Source: Lingula anatina (taxonomy: Eukaryota; Animalia; Brachiopoda). From it: 64,000 bases of DNA. The notes under the pieces were generated by a model that had not been told where the DNA came from, searched no databases, and saw only the letters and a program-made list of their open reading frames with translations. Of the stretch, positions 24,501 through 34,953 are shown in pieces (within the stretch, counting starts at the first letter, position 1; every line of letters begins with the position of its first letter). The stretch covers positions 1,302,001 through 1,366,000 of the forward strand of contig CM120643.1 of assembly GCA_051362555.1 (NCBI GenBank), in the 5' to 3' direction. A program made the position numbers and the translations under genes.

Positions 24501-25285
24501 TAAGGGACTTTATAAAAGACACTAAAACAATTACCTTTTTTTCACAAGAAGAAATAAATAAGCGATATGGCATTCAGACCAACTTCCTAGAATATCAAGG
24601 GGTGGTAAGCATTATTAAGCGATACTTGAAATTGCATAATATAAACGAATCTGAAGTAATGCTCCCTAAACTCCCAGAGTATTTAAGTATCTTCTTTAAA
24701 AGTAAGAAGGGCTGCCAAGATTTTTATAAAATACTTAGTAAGAATGCTTCTATTTCAAAGGGCAAAATAAATTGGAATAAATTGTTTGATATTAATGACA
24801 AAGAGTGGTCTCTAATAAATAAACTGCCTTTCAACCTTCCTATCAGTCCTAAATTTAAATGGTTCCAGTATAAAATAAATCAACATATATTACCGACAAA
24901 TAGTTATCTTGCAAAAACTGGTTTAGTTAACACCCCCCTTTGTAAAAGGTGCGAGAAAGAGACGGAGACAATTATTCATGTACTATGGGATTGTTCTGTA
25001 ACTGAAACCTTTTTAAATGTAATCAAAGACAAGCTGAATATGACTTTAGAGAAAAAAACATTTATATTTGGAATTCTTGACAAAAATGAAAATAATAAAG
25101 ATTCGTATAATGTCCTAAATATGTTAATCAAATACTATATCTACAGCTTTAGGTGCAGAAACAAACAATTATTACTTATTTCTTTTGTTGAATTTGCTAA
25201 AAAATATCTGGACTCGGTACAGAATTTGGACCACCTTAAGGCCATGTACGTTTGCTTGCACAATTTAATACTTAGACTTGCTTAG
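21515..25285 (+). CDS. LINE ORF2p: APE endonuclease + reverse transcriptase + C-terminal CCHC
   Basis: 1256 aa uninterrupted: SVNCQGL, LQDTH, GDFN, SDH; KSPGSDG, WRPISLL, DFEKAFD, GCRQGDP, YADD; CKRCEKETETIIHVLWDC. Confidence 0.97.
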   Translation: MTNCIKIVSVNCQGLGDRQKRKDIFSYLRQQKYDILCLQDTHFTSEVESRVGSEWGYKAYFSSYRSNSRGVAILLNNTADVKVISEKKDDAGNFLLLNCLLEDRKVTLINIYGPNLDSPDFYKQIELALQDTDNEYSIICGDFNLVLNPEIDYDQTYRQINNPKARKKVLELIEIYDLVDVYREQHEYYKRYTWRRKNPIKQARLDFFLVTENLVRSIKNSYIESSYRSDHSIVGINIEFNPFRKGKGLWKFNNSLLDDLEYIDNIKQLINNIKIQYALPVYNLNNISSIPDSDIQFTVNDQLFLETLLMEIRGKTISVSSYKKKLVDDREKKLITEISNLERNCNLNANNIERLQEELKYIRENKMRGSMIRSRTKWLEEGEKPTEYFLNLENRNFTSKIIPKIVKDNGEEITTQTLILKEIKCYYEQLFAESNEVIDVDLSTILPHNYPLRLTDVESSELEGIISLNEASQILKKMKSNKSPGSDGFTVEFFKVFWSQLGNFVVRSINWGYSTGQLSITQRQSVITCLPKGEKPKQYLKNWRPISLLNVTYKIASGVIASRVKKYLGKLISDDQCGFISGRYIGESIRTVYDIMQYTEDNDIPGMLVLLDFEKAFDAVSWKFIDRVLVFFNFGESIIKWINIFNKGAQAAINQGGNLSESFYIERGCRQGDPIAPYLFILCAEILSIILKNNKNIKSITIDDAPILLTQYADDTTVMLDGSEKSLSELMIELEKFSKISGLKINKDKTKIVWIGRMKFSNLKFLPHMHLDWGKHQFNLLGIEFHVNLFQIPKLNFDKKLVKIKSILNGWNRRMITPIGKCIIIKSLIISQLNHLFISLPNPSQRFINDLQSDLFHFLWNSKIDKVKRDIIIKNYDEGGIKMTHLPSLISSLKLTWIRRIYTKRKKWQIIVAKYLNFELLSVGGNEYLNKCLKVCRNRFWGDVLLAWKELRVKEDKLRGKNKPVLDTPVWYNEALKVDSKVIYYKHWFNKGISTIRDFIKDTKTITFFSQEEINKRYGIQTNFLEYQGVVSIIKRYLKLHNINESEVMLPKLPEYLSIFFKSKKGCQDFYKILSKNASISKGKINWNKLFDINDKEWSLINKLPFNLPISPKFKWFQYKINQHILPTNSYLAKTGLVNTPLCKRCEKETETIIHVLWDCSVTETFLNVIKDKLNMTLEKKTFIFGILDKNENNKDSYNVLNMLIKYYIYSFRCRNKQLLLISFVEFAKKYLDSVQNLDHLKAMYVCLHNLILRLA

Positions 25286-25462
25286 AATGATACAATACGT
25301 GTCGAGTGTAAATGTATGACAATCTCTTACTGTTTGGAGTCATAACCAATTGTGCATGTCTAATATCTTTGCGTACCTAAGTTCACATCTCGATAGTCTG
25401 TACTGTCAGTCTTTTGTGTTGCATCAGATTGTTCATGGATACTTGTTATATGTTGGTTTGTA

Positions 25463-25950
25463 ATGTGTAGCAACTTGTTATGTGTACCTGAGTTTACAGC
25501 TGAGTGGAGACTATTGTACGCTTATTTGTTCTGTATGATCATGTAAGTGAGTGATACTTTCCGTTATTCCCGACAATCGGCATAATAACATATGTTGTGA
25601 CTGTGGTAAAAATGGTACGTTAGTAATATGTAGAATCTGGTGTGACTTATATATGATAATAGCTGGTTTGTTTGTTTGTTACCATATATGTTAAGCAGTT
25701 CGTGTTATGTGTAGCAACTTGTTATGTGTACCTGAGTTCACAGCTAAGTGGAGACTATCGTACGCTTATTTGTTCTGTATGATCATGGGAGCGATGCTTT
25801 CTGTTATTCCCGACAATCGGTATAATAATATATATTGTGACTGTGGTATAAATGGTACGTTAGTAATATGTAGAATCCGGTGTGACTCATATATGATAAT
25901 AATCTGGTTTGTTTTGTTTATATGTTACGATGTTAATCAGTTTGTGTTAT
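25463..25950 (+). repeat. Two diverged ~243-bp tandem units in the LINE 3' UTR
   Basis: 'atgtgtagcaacttgttatgtgtacctgagtt' starts at ~25463 and ~25707 with colinear downstream sequence. Confidence 0.85.
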
Positions 25951-26110
25951 GTGTATTGTATACTATTACTTTTGTTATTTTGTGCAACGTATTCTGTCAC
26001 TCCCTTGTGCTGTTAATGTCCAATAAGACTACTGTATGCTAGTTTGTCTGTTGCATATATGTTGTAATATGTGTTTAGTGTGAAAATGTATGTTTTGTTT
26101 TGTGATGTCA

Positions 26111-26200
<90 letters not shown>

Positions 26201-26202
<2 letters not shown>

Positions 26203-27678
26203 CGAGTTCAAACCTCGGCAACATATATTCCCGGCAAGCAGCCGCCTCAGATACTGGTGCAGAAGATAGACATCAAGGGGCCCAGTTTCCAGAGGGTCGA
26301 CTTGCCTCAAATATCGCACTTCAAGATGGCGGAACAGGACAAGGAACGTCTGCGGGGCCTTCTTTTCACCACATCCACCGCGCAGTGCCCTGATGACGTC
26401 ACATTCCCGACATCTCCGGTTGGATGGCTTGTACAGGAGAGCACGGATCACCATCTGAAGGTCAGTGAGGGTCAGTGTTTTTACCCTCCCGTCACAATCC
26501 CCATCCCCAGTAGAGGCGATAAGGTGATTGTTTTGCTAGATAAGGGGCGAAATTGTTCATCGGCCGATGACGGAGAGATTTTTGGAGGGGTTTATGACAC
26601 GAAGAGTTGTCGTTTGGACAGTGTCACATTTATCGCAACCGGAGTCACGCGCAGAAGCAGCGTTGTAGGAATCAGTAACACCACCGCGGGGACATCTAGC
26701 GTCATTATCGCTGGCAGTGCAGAGAACAACGGGCCAACTCAGGGGTGTGTCAGGACAATTTCTATACAAACTATCCAAAGCAAAGAAAGTGGCAAGGAGC
26801 TATCAGTGGCCTTCGCTGTGTCCAAACCGACTTACTTTGATAAAATGTCTCTTGTTCAGGGACTACCATTCAACTCAACCCCGTCTCAATCCTGCATTTT
26901 CCTAACTCTAGACAGGGAATTCGGCAAACTGGGGTTTTCAGACCAAAGAAAAACAATGCTGGATATCAAGAAATCAGAAGGAGTATCACTTGACGTCCTT
27001 GAAGGCCTGGACATTCCAGACGGGGACAGGTTCCCCGTGGCGATATCTCCTGACGACAAATACGTCGCCGTCATAGGAGAAAAGCGGGAAAGGAATCAAA
27101 AATCCAGCATCGTGTTACTGACATTCGAAAAGAATGCTGATGGTTTCGTTCTCTGTGACTACAGGGTCCTCGTGTCAAGGGCGAGCACGTTAAAGCCAAC
27201 AGACGACTTCCCTACCCGTCACTGTGTGCTGGAGTTCAGCAAGGATTCCAAGTTGTTAGCTGTGAGCGCCGTTCGTGAGGCAGACCGCCGCCACTGCTTG
27301 ATCCTGATTGACCCACAGGATGGCCATGATGGCCAGTGTCTGGAACATGGGAAGGAAGAGGCTATACTTGGAGGAGCGTGGGTTGGCGAAGACTTCTGGA
27401 CTGTCCATCAAGCTGTTAAAGAAGACGGTCAAATAATACCTGTAGGTCCGACAAAACTGAGAAAATGGCTCTCGCCAGCTGCAGGAGGCAGTCAGCACAC
27501 GCCCGATATAGAACTTCAGGACTGTGATAGCGGACTGAAACTGGCGGATATGTTTTCACAAATCAAAGTAGCAGACGACGGGAAGATAGCTGCCATCACG
27601 TGTACTACTGTGGAAGGAAACGGAATCCATGTTGTGTCCATTCATAGCAATGGCAAGAAGACTGAGAATGAACAATAG
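26201..27678 (+). CDS. Large terminal exon encoding a WD40/YVTN-like beta-propeller; 5' part cut off by the LINE poly(A)
   Basis: About 490 open codons from the poly(A) junction, GC-richer than flanks; blade-like motifs VAISPDDKYVAV, LEFSKDSKLLAV, KVADDGKIAA; AATAAA at ~27865. First internal Met at 26326. Confidence 0.65.
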
Positions 27679-29539
27679 TGAATGGTTTCATCCTGAACGT
27701 TTTAGATATAGGTGTGTATTTATGGTAAACATGCCTTTTTGTGATATACCTCTTCATACTCACATGTTCACTGACGGAATAACTTGATTTAGGAAGACTA
27801 TGCCAATTTCGGTAACATTGAACTCAAATCAATTTGTTTAAAATTAAAAACGTGAAAATGACACAATAAAGTAGTTGTTTAATTTAAATTACGACCAAAA
27901 TTTGGATAGCTAATTTAGACGATTTTTATTCTATTGATTCCTTTTTATTTTATACTTATCCACAGTATGTGATTTCAGGAGAAAGGAAACATATCTCACT
28001 GCAGCTACGTGTTATCGGCTCTACGGGGCTAACTTTGGTGGACTGTTTCAAATGCAATTTATTCAGCTTTAGAAATAATTATCAAATAGCAATGGCCATC
28101 TCGCATTAAAACTGAATTTAGACCCCTTAGTGATAAAGATATGTTAACTTTATTTATTTTGATTATTCGACTTCTCATTTAGTTGACATGATCCATCAAT
28201 ATCAAGACATTGTGTTGACTTAGGTGATACACATAATGTACAAATGATATTACAAATTTTAATTTAAAACTTTAAAATTTAAAGTTAAAACTTGCTAGAA
28301 CACCACAGTAATGATGGAGATATTAAATAACACGTGTTCACAGCTAAGATTTTGATTAATTATTTAATGAATGGAGCGATCATAGGATACAGCTTAACTG
28401 CTACAGAAAATCAAAATCAGCTATGCAGATATCGTGTCTACTTGTGATAAAGACTAAGTTTGTACAAATATTATAATTCAGTAATTTGTACTAGTGATAT
28501 TGTAAAAAATGGCATTATTTGTCTCTTTACCTGGATATGACAACTTGGATTTAGAAATTTTGGTGATTGAAAATCAATAATCAGATCAAAAGACAAGGCG
28601 TTTCCTATGTTGGTTTATAGAGTAATTTGCCGTTTTTCATAGATTGTAAATATACAATATCATGTATAAATGTAATATACTTGACAAGGAATTATCATAA
28701 AAAGAGAAATAGTGACAGTACACAGGTACATATCTAAAACAAATATAATGAATGGTATTCTCACATGTATACTGTCACAATAGGTAGAAATAAATGAACA
28801 TGCATTTAATCATCTAGATTTGTCTGGCGTAAGGGAGACCGGGGCTAGTTAGACCCCGGGGTAATTAAGTTGGCCCCCTATGACAAAGTAACTATGGGGT
28901 AAAATAATTGATCACATTTTGTAAAGTGACCGCATCCAATAGTGCTAAGAAAGCGTCGGCAGTGAGCCCAAATGAAATGATTTAGCATCTTAAAGTAACT
29001 TCATTAAAGAGACTTAATGGAGGAGGGGGGGGGACTTACCCCGGGGTCTAATATGAAAAGACAAATTGGCGAAAGAGGGTAACTTGTCTGATAGTATACA
29101 TATCCATTGCATTCACTCAGGAAACTTCTTAGTTTCTCCATCTTTTCCGTAGAAGCCTGACCAGAAGTACAAGAAAAACAACTTTCTATATGTGTCTATA
29201 GTTAACATAATGTGTTGATCTTTGCAAGCGAACTTTTGGTATAGGAAGTGTGTGTACTATCACAACATTTGAATGACTTTATGATTCATTCTTCCTTATT
29301 GTTACTTCAATGATTTCAGACACTGATCTAGGTATCATTATTATTGAGAGTGTGTGAGATGCACGGAATTAACATAACATTTGTAAGTTTTGATAAATAT
29401 TATGGTTTTTTTTAAAATCACTATGCACTATGATATATAATAATGAACATTTTATTGTGTGTTAACCATGATCATTATTATTAGTTATAGATATTTAACC
29501 AAATGTTTATTGTTATATATTTATCCACTTAGTATTTAA

Positions 29540-29877
29540 AGGGATAATAACTCTTCGTTTTGGCCAAAAAATGAATTTTCCTGGAGTAAACAACAATTTT
29601 CCCATACTTACCAATGGTTTATGAATCCATTTTTACATTCAAAGTTAGTCCCTGTTTTTTTCTAAAAAGTTTGTTTTTTTTTTGTTAAAATCTCTTTAGA
29701 GGTTATAACAGAGTATAGCCATCAATGGAGGTCACGTGGTCTGAAGACAAGCTCAGATATAAAAATAATATCTATAACTGCTGTTTTTGTCGTAAACAGA
29801 ATATATTATATTTCTATGAGTTATTCACAATGTTTTTATTGTGAAATATAGACCTCATGCGAAGAGTTTTTATCCCT
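29540..29877. mobile_element. Kolobok-like MITE (TTAA TSD)
   Basis: TTAA|AGGGATAATAACTCTTCG...CGAAGAGTTTTTATCCCT|TTAA; close copy at 48327-48663 and decayed copies at ~33265-33560 and ~5850-5965. Confidence 0.85.
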
Positions 29878-32800
29878 TTAATTTTTATTGTAATGACGAA
29901 GACATGAAACTGATGATATGCATTAAGGAAGATTCTCAAATTTTGGGACTTATTTATCAGTATAATTTTAGTGAATTCGTGGATTGAATTTGATATGAAC
30001 AAAGCGTTTCTCTTATAGTCATCACAGAGGAGAGCTACAGTATGGACAAATATGAAGATGAACAGGTACTTCATCATGAACGATGTGCTGGTCGCAACGT
30101 TGTAGTGATTGCTGTTCATTGGACAGGGGAGGGCCGACCCTATTGTCTCATGTAGTGCATTCCTAATATGTCTTTAATGTCAACAGAAAGAGAAAACTGT
30201 ATAATACAATGTGTCAAAGCCATAATAAGAGAGTAACAGTTTAAGATATCCACAGGGAAAAATAAAAAAGTACCTGTACTCTTGTGCCACAGATTGAATA
30301 GTGTGACTGACATTACGGAATATATCCCCGAATAATTGTATTTTCCTAAAACGTTATTACTTTATTTTCCTTCCAGCTATATTTTAGGTTTCATGTCGAC
30401 TGTGTTTCTAATTTTATGTGTGAGTTGATTAAGTTATAACATTTGAATTGATGAGAGAACTGTTACCTTGTCATTTAAGCTTTTTGAAAATGTACGTATT
30501 TTATATGATTTTCTATTTGCTGTGCTTTAAAAAAATGAAAAGGAGCGTATGTTGTAAAGTTTAAGAATTCCAGGACGAATTCTTTTGAAAAAGGGGTGTA
30601 CGTTGTAAAGCAAATTACTTACACTTTCACTAATTGCAGATAACAATTAAAACGGAATCAAACGAGTAAAAGGATAGGGAGCTATTGAGTGTAAATTAAG
30701 TCTCATCAATAGTCAACAAGTGTAGAACATGTTTTTAGTGTCAGAAAAAGATGGAAAAGGTCAAAGTCAGTAACAGTTAATTTGATTGGTTAATTTCATA
30801 ACATATTTTAATTTTGATCATCTATTTATCACATGATAACTGAGTTTTGGATAAGGTCCAAGCATGAGTAATTCAAATAATATTTTAGATATCTTTAATT
30901 GAAAACAAGTATCTTAGGGATTACCTAATAAGGAAATGTTGCACGGTGACTCACAACATGAGAATGGAAAATTCCTTGTAATCACGCGAAGACAATGGAA
31001 AAGAAAACAAGTAAATGCGTGATCAGTGAAGAGAAATTGAGTATATATATTCGTGAAGTTGTATGAAGAAAGAGTCGGTGAATAAATGTTCGAAAGCTCC
31101 AGACTGTAGTCGTTATTACTCAATATAACACTTCGTTAGCGTGCACCTTGTTATGTTTGAAACCTGTCGACAGCCGTCTTGAGTTTTCATCTGGGACACA
31201 TTTCTGTTGACCTTGAAGACAAATAATTATTAGGTAACATAGCAACAAGGATAATATGCATCTGAAAATCAAAATGTTTCTTCAAAACATGGCATTTTTT
31301 GTTATTAACAATTTTATGGGCAAGTTGGATTGAAATTTACGGCGACAATGACAGTCGTGTATAATGCTGCCTAGCGTTTATGGTTTCCTACAAGGGCATT
31401 CCACTTAAGCCTTTCCCAGACCTAGCGGTACACTTGCCTGGACAGGTACACTTTTAGATATTGACAGTTTAATAGATTGGACGACACGTAACATGGCAAC
31501 TTTAACTGAACAGCAATATATATATATATATATATATGCGATTTTTTTTTACATAATCAAAGAAAAGATAATCAAATGATTTCATCCTTATCGTATATTA
31601 CATGACAGAAAGAGTTAATATGTTACATGTACCTCCCCATAGTTTAAACCTGGCATTATACCGACTCTATTTTGAGGGTTAAAATATGCGGCAGACTACA
31701 TGTAAGTGAACAATTAAATTAGCAGTTATGTCTTCATGCTTGAACACCAGGTAATGTAGCTGTTGAAATAAACTTTCCATGCGTTCAACATCCACCTCTG
31801 TGCCTTCTCTGTCAGGGTGATAGTTTTTGGCAAAGCTGACTTTGTTGATGATCACAGCCCCCCCCCCCCCTCCACTCTGTGTAGTATTGGTACGCCAGGA
31901 ATATTAAGGTTGGTCGGGAGGGAGATGGCGCACGAGGAAATGTGTCATCTCCATCTCTGTCCATGTTGCCAGGTGTGGTTGCCTAGATGACTATTTTACA
32001 TAAAAGACACGTGGAAATCTGTTTTGAACAATCTAAGCCATTTTAACATATTATATTTGAAACAAAGGCTATGATTGTACTTGACAGGTTAAAGACGATA
32101 ATTTGACAAATGATATGCTTAATAGTCATCTTTAATAGGATATCTGACTTGAAAGAAATTATCATTTAAAGATAAACATTTACGACAGCTGATCTTCTAA
32201 GTAAATGAATCGGAATAAAAAGTTTGTTTTATTTAAAACGCGTTTGGAAAGAAAGCTAGGAAAAGTGTGGAAAGTACAATATAGGGTTTACGGGGTGTCT
32301 AGCTGATAATTTCCCCAAATGCTCAATACATTCACGTATGTGTGAATTCAAATAGCTGTCCGTTTCTATTAAAATTCATTATCTTAAAAAATATGATATT
32401 TATTCTAGTCATGAATTTACTCAATCTATTGTAACATTCGACTTCACTACACCACATTGACTGTTTACCTGTGTTATAAGTTTTATTTTACGAAGATGAA
32501 AATTACGGGTGAATAAATAAAATCTCAGTTTGAAAAAGAGTAATTTTATAATAGCGCGTTATTTTCTTTATATCGGAATTTTAAACCATAGATAACAACA
32601 TACATCTGTAGTAAAGAAGTTAAATTGACAAGATGTGCAACAAACATATGGTGATTGCTTCATTAAATTTTGTATAATATAGGTACATATATAATATGTC
32701 ATACCATATCAATTCAAATTTGTCGACATCATATTAAACTAAAAGTACTTTGTAAAACAGGGGTACATTTATATTAACCATTACATATTATCATATATAA

Positions 32801-33619
32801 ACATAACTCCATTGATTACATCATTTTGTTCTCAAAATTCTGTCGAAAACAACATAACATCAATTTTGTATACAGATAAAATATGATTTTACAAACATGT
32901 ACATCATAGGATTGTAGACATAATGTCATATATTTATATACATGTTATTCAATTCATAGGGGTTTGAATGAGTTATGCTGTTACTAGATATATAATCGCA
33001 TTCTCCCCTTTTTTAACTACATGTTATGAAAACAAGACAGGCTAAACATATCAGCATTTGGGGCCATATTGGACACAAATGATATCAGCTGTTAAATAAT
33101 ACTGTATCTGGTGTATATATTACAACAGCTAAACTTGAAAAAAAAAACTGTGTTTAAGTCAACAAATATGGAAAAGTAACTAAAATCTACTTGCAGCGGA
33201 TAAATATTAATTGATATAAAAGGATAACAACAGTTCATTTTGGCAAAAAAAGCTGGTGTTAACAGCAATTTTACCATACTTACTAATAGTTAATGAATCC
33301 ATTTCTAAAACTTAGTCCGTTTTTTTTTGTCTAAAGATTTTGTTTTTCTTATAATATCTCTGAAGAGATCTCTTAAGAAATTATTACACAGTATAGGCAT
33401 CTATGGAGGTCACGTAGTCCAATGACAAGCAAAGTGTGCAGATTAATTGCTATAACTGCCGTTTTTGTGGTAAAATAAAAGATATTATATTATATGTCTA
33501 GGAGTTGTTTGCAATGTATTTACTATGAAATAAAGATTACACATGAATAGTTGTTATACATTTAATTTTAGTTAATCGTTTCTAAAGCTACTGACGAATG
33601 AAACAATATTTGTTTATTG

Positions 33620-33810
33620 GAAACACATAGCAAATGTTCAACTTTAAGAATAATAAAACTAAGGGATAAATCACATAGCAAGTGTACAACCTTAAAAATG
33701 ATAATAAAACTAAGGGATAAATCACATAGCAAGTGTTCAACCTTAAAAATGATAATAACACTAAGGGATAAATCACATAGCAAGTGTTCAACATTAAAAA
33801 TGATAATAAT
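33620..33810. repeat. 51-bp minisatellite, about 4 units
   Basis: Repeated 'aaatcacatagcaagtgttcaaccttaaaaatgataataaaactaagggat'. Confidence 0.9.
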
Positions 33811-34953
33811 ACGAAGAAATGAATCATGAAGCAAATTTTCAACCTTATTAATAATTTACTTAACAGTGAGGGAAAAAATCCTGGATTCAGGATAACAGCA
33901 AGAAGGAAAGCCATGGAATGAATATACTGTTTCTATAGTGCTCCGGAACACGGGTGAGTTAATTGTTTTGTTGAGCAATGTGCAGTGTTGAGGGGGGGTT
34001 GTCTTGGAGGGAGAAGGGAAGTCCCACTGACCTTTAATCTGTATCTGCCTGTGAAGTGACCTTTTCAAATATTAGAGCCCAGTAATTCAGAAACAAGCAA
34101 TTTCTTTTTGACGAATTCGGAGCCTGTACAATATATATATATATGATCTTATGATCTGCTTACATACAAAAACTAAGCTACTGCTACGTTAACTATTTTA
34201 TCGCTTTACAACCCTCCCACTATCAAAATAAAACGTTTCCTCGAGATGTTTAATTTAAACACATTTGTAATTAAGTGAAGACAATCTCCACCACACAGAT
34301 GAGGATGAATGTGATGTTGCAGTTTTGACCAATTTTGTCAATTTATAAGAAGTCACAGCTATATAAGAAGGTTACAGTAAGTTAGGAAAAACGGAACGCC
34401 TCTATATAAACTTGAAAGTCTAATCTTGGGGAGATAGCATATGTAATAGATATGTGGATGTAGTGCAGGTATGAAGGGGAAAGTATCTGCAAGTCTTGGG
34501 ATATATACAAGCCAAACAATAATTAAAAAAAAAAGTAAAAACGCAAGTCTTTGCTTTTACCATTGTCATTGGCTCAGTGATATTATTTGGGTGGACATAA
34601 ATTGTTATTTCCAGACAGAACGCATGGTGTTTGGTGCAAATCTGACTGGCCAGTGATGCAGAGATGAAGACCTAAGGAAAGCTACAAGTTATTTTTGTCT
34701 CAATTTGAGTTCAGATGAGATATCTGATAATCTTAGAATCATACAAATAATGTTTTGCATGCTGACAAAGTTCAAAATGTGGGACAGGGATAACAGGTAC
34801 AAACTAATTGAAAATTGACTCAAGCATGGCAAACACTGATTAAAATAATATCTCATCTATCACTTCATCCATAATGTATTGGTGCATATCACAGTAGTGA
34901 TACAAATTATTGCCACCATTCACTTGGAAACAAAAGTTGGACCTTCCATGTTT

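Larger units (their letters stand above)
18993..26200 (+). mobile_element. Full-length young L1/Tx1-clade non-LTR retrotransposon
   Basis: YY1-like AAGATGGCG near the 5' end (~19000), intact ORF1 and ORF2, 3' UTR, AATAAA at 26110 and an 88-nt pure poly(A) (26113-26200). The 5' boundary is inferred from where the PLE remnant stops. Confidence 0.9.

Noticed and set aside
26029-26454. Poly-Lys N-terminus of the 535-aa ORF and the poly-Phe ORF on the minus strand
   Set aside because: Both are translations of the LINE poly(A) tail; only the part after 26200 looks like a real exon.
33568-33914. Repetitive ORFs on both strands
   Set aside because: By-products of the 51-bp minisatellite.
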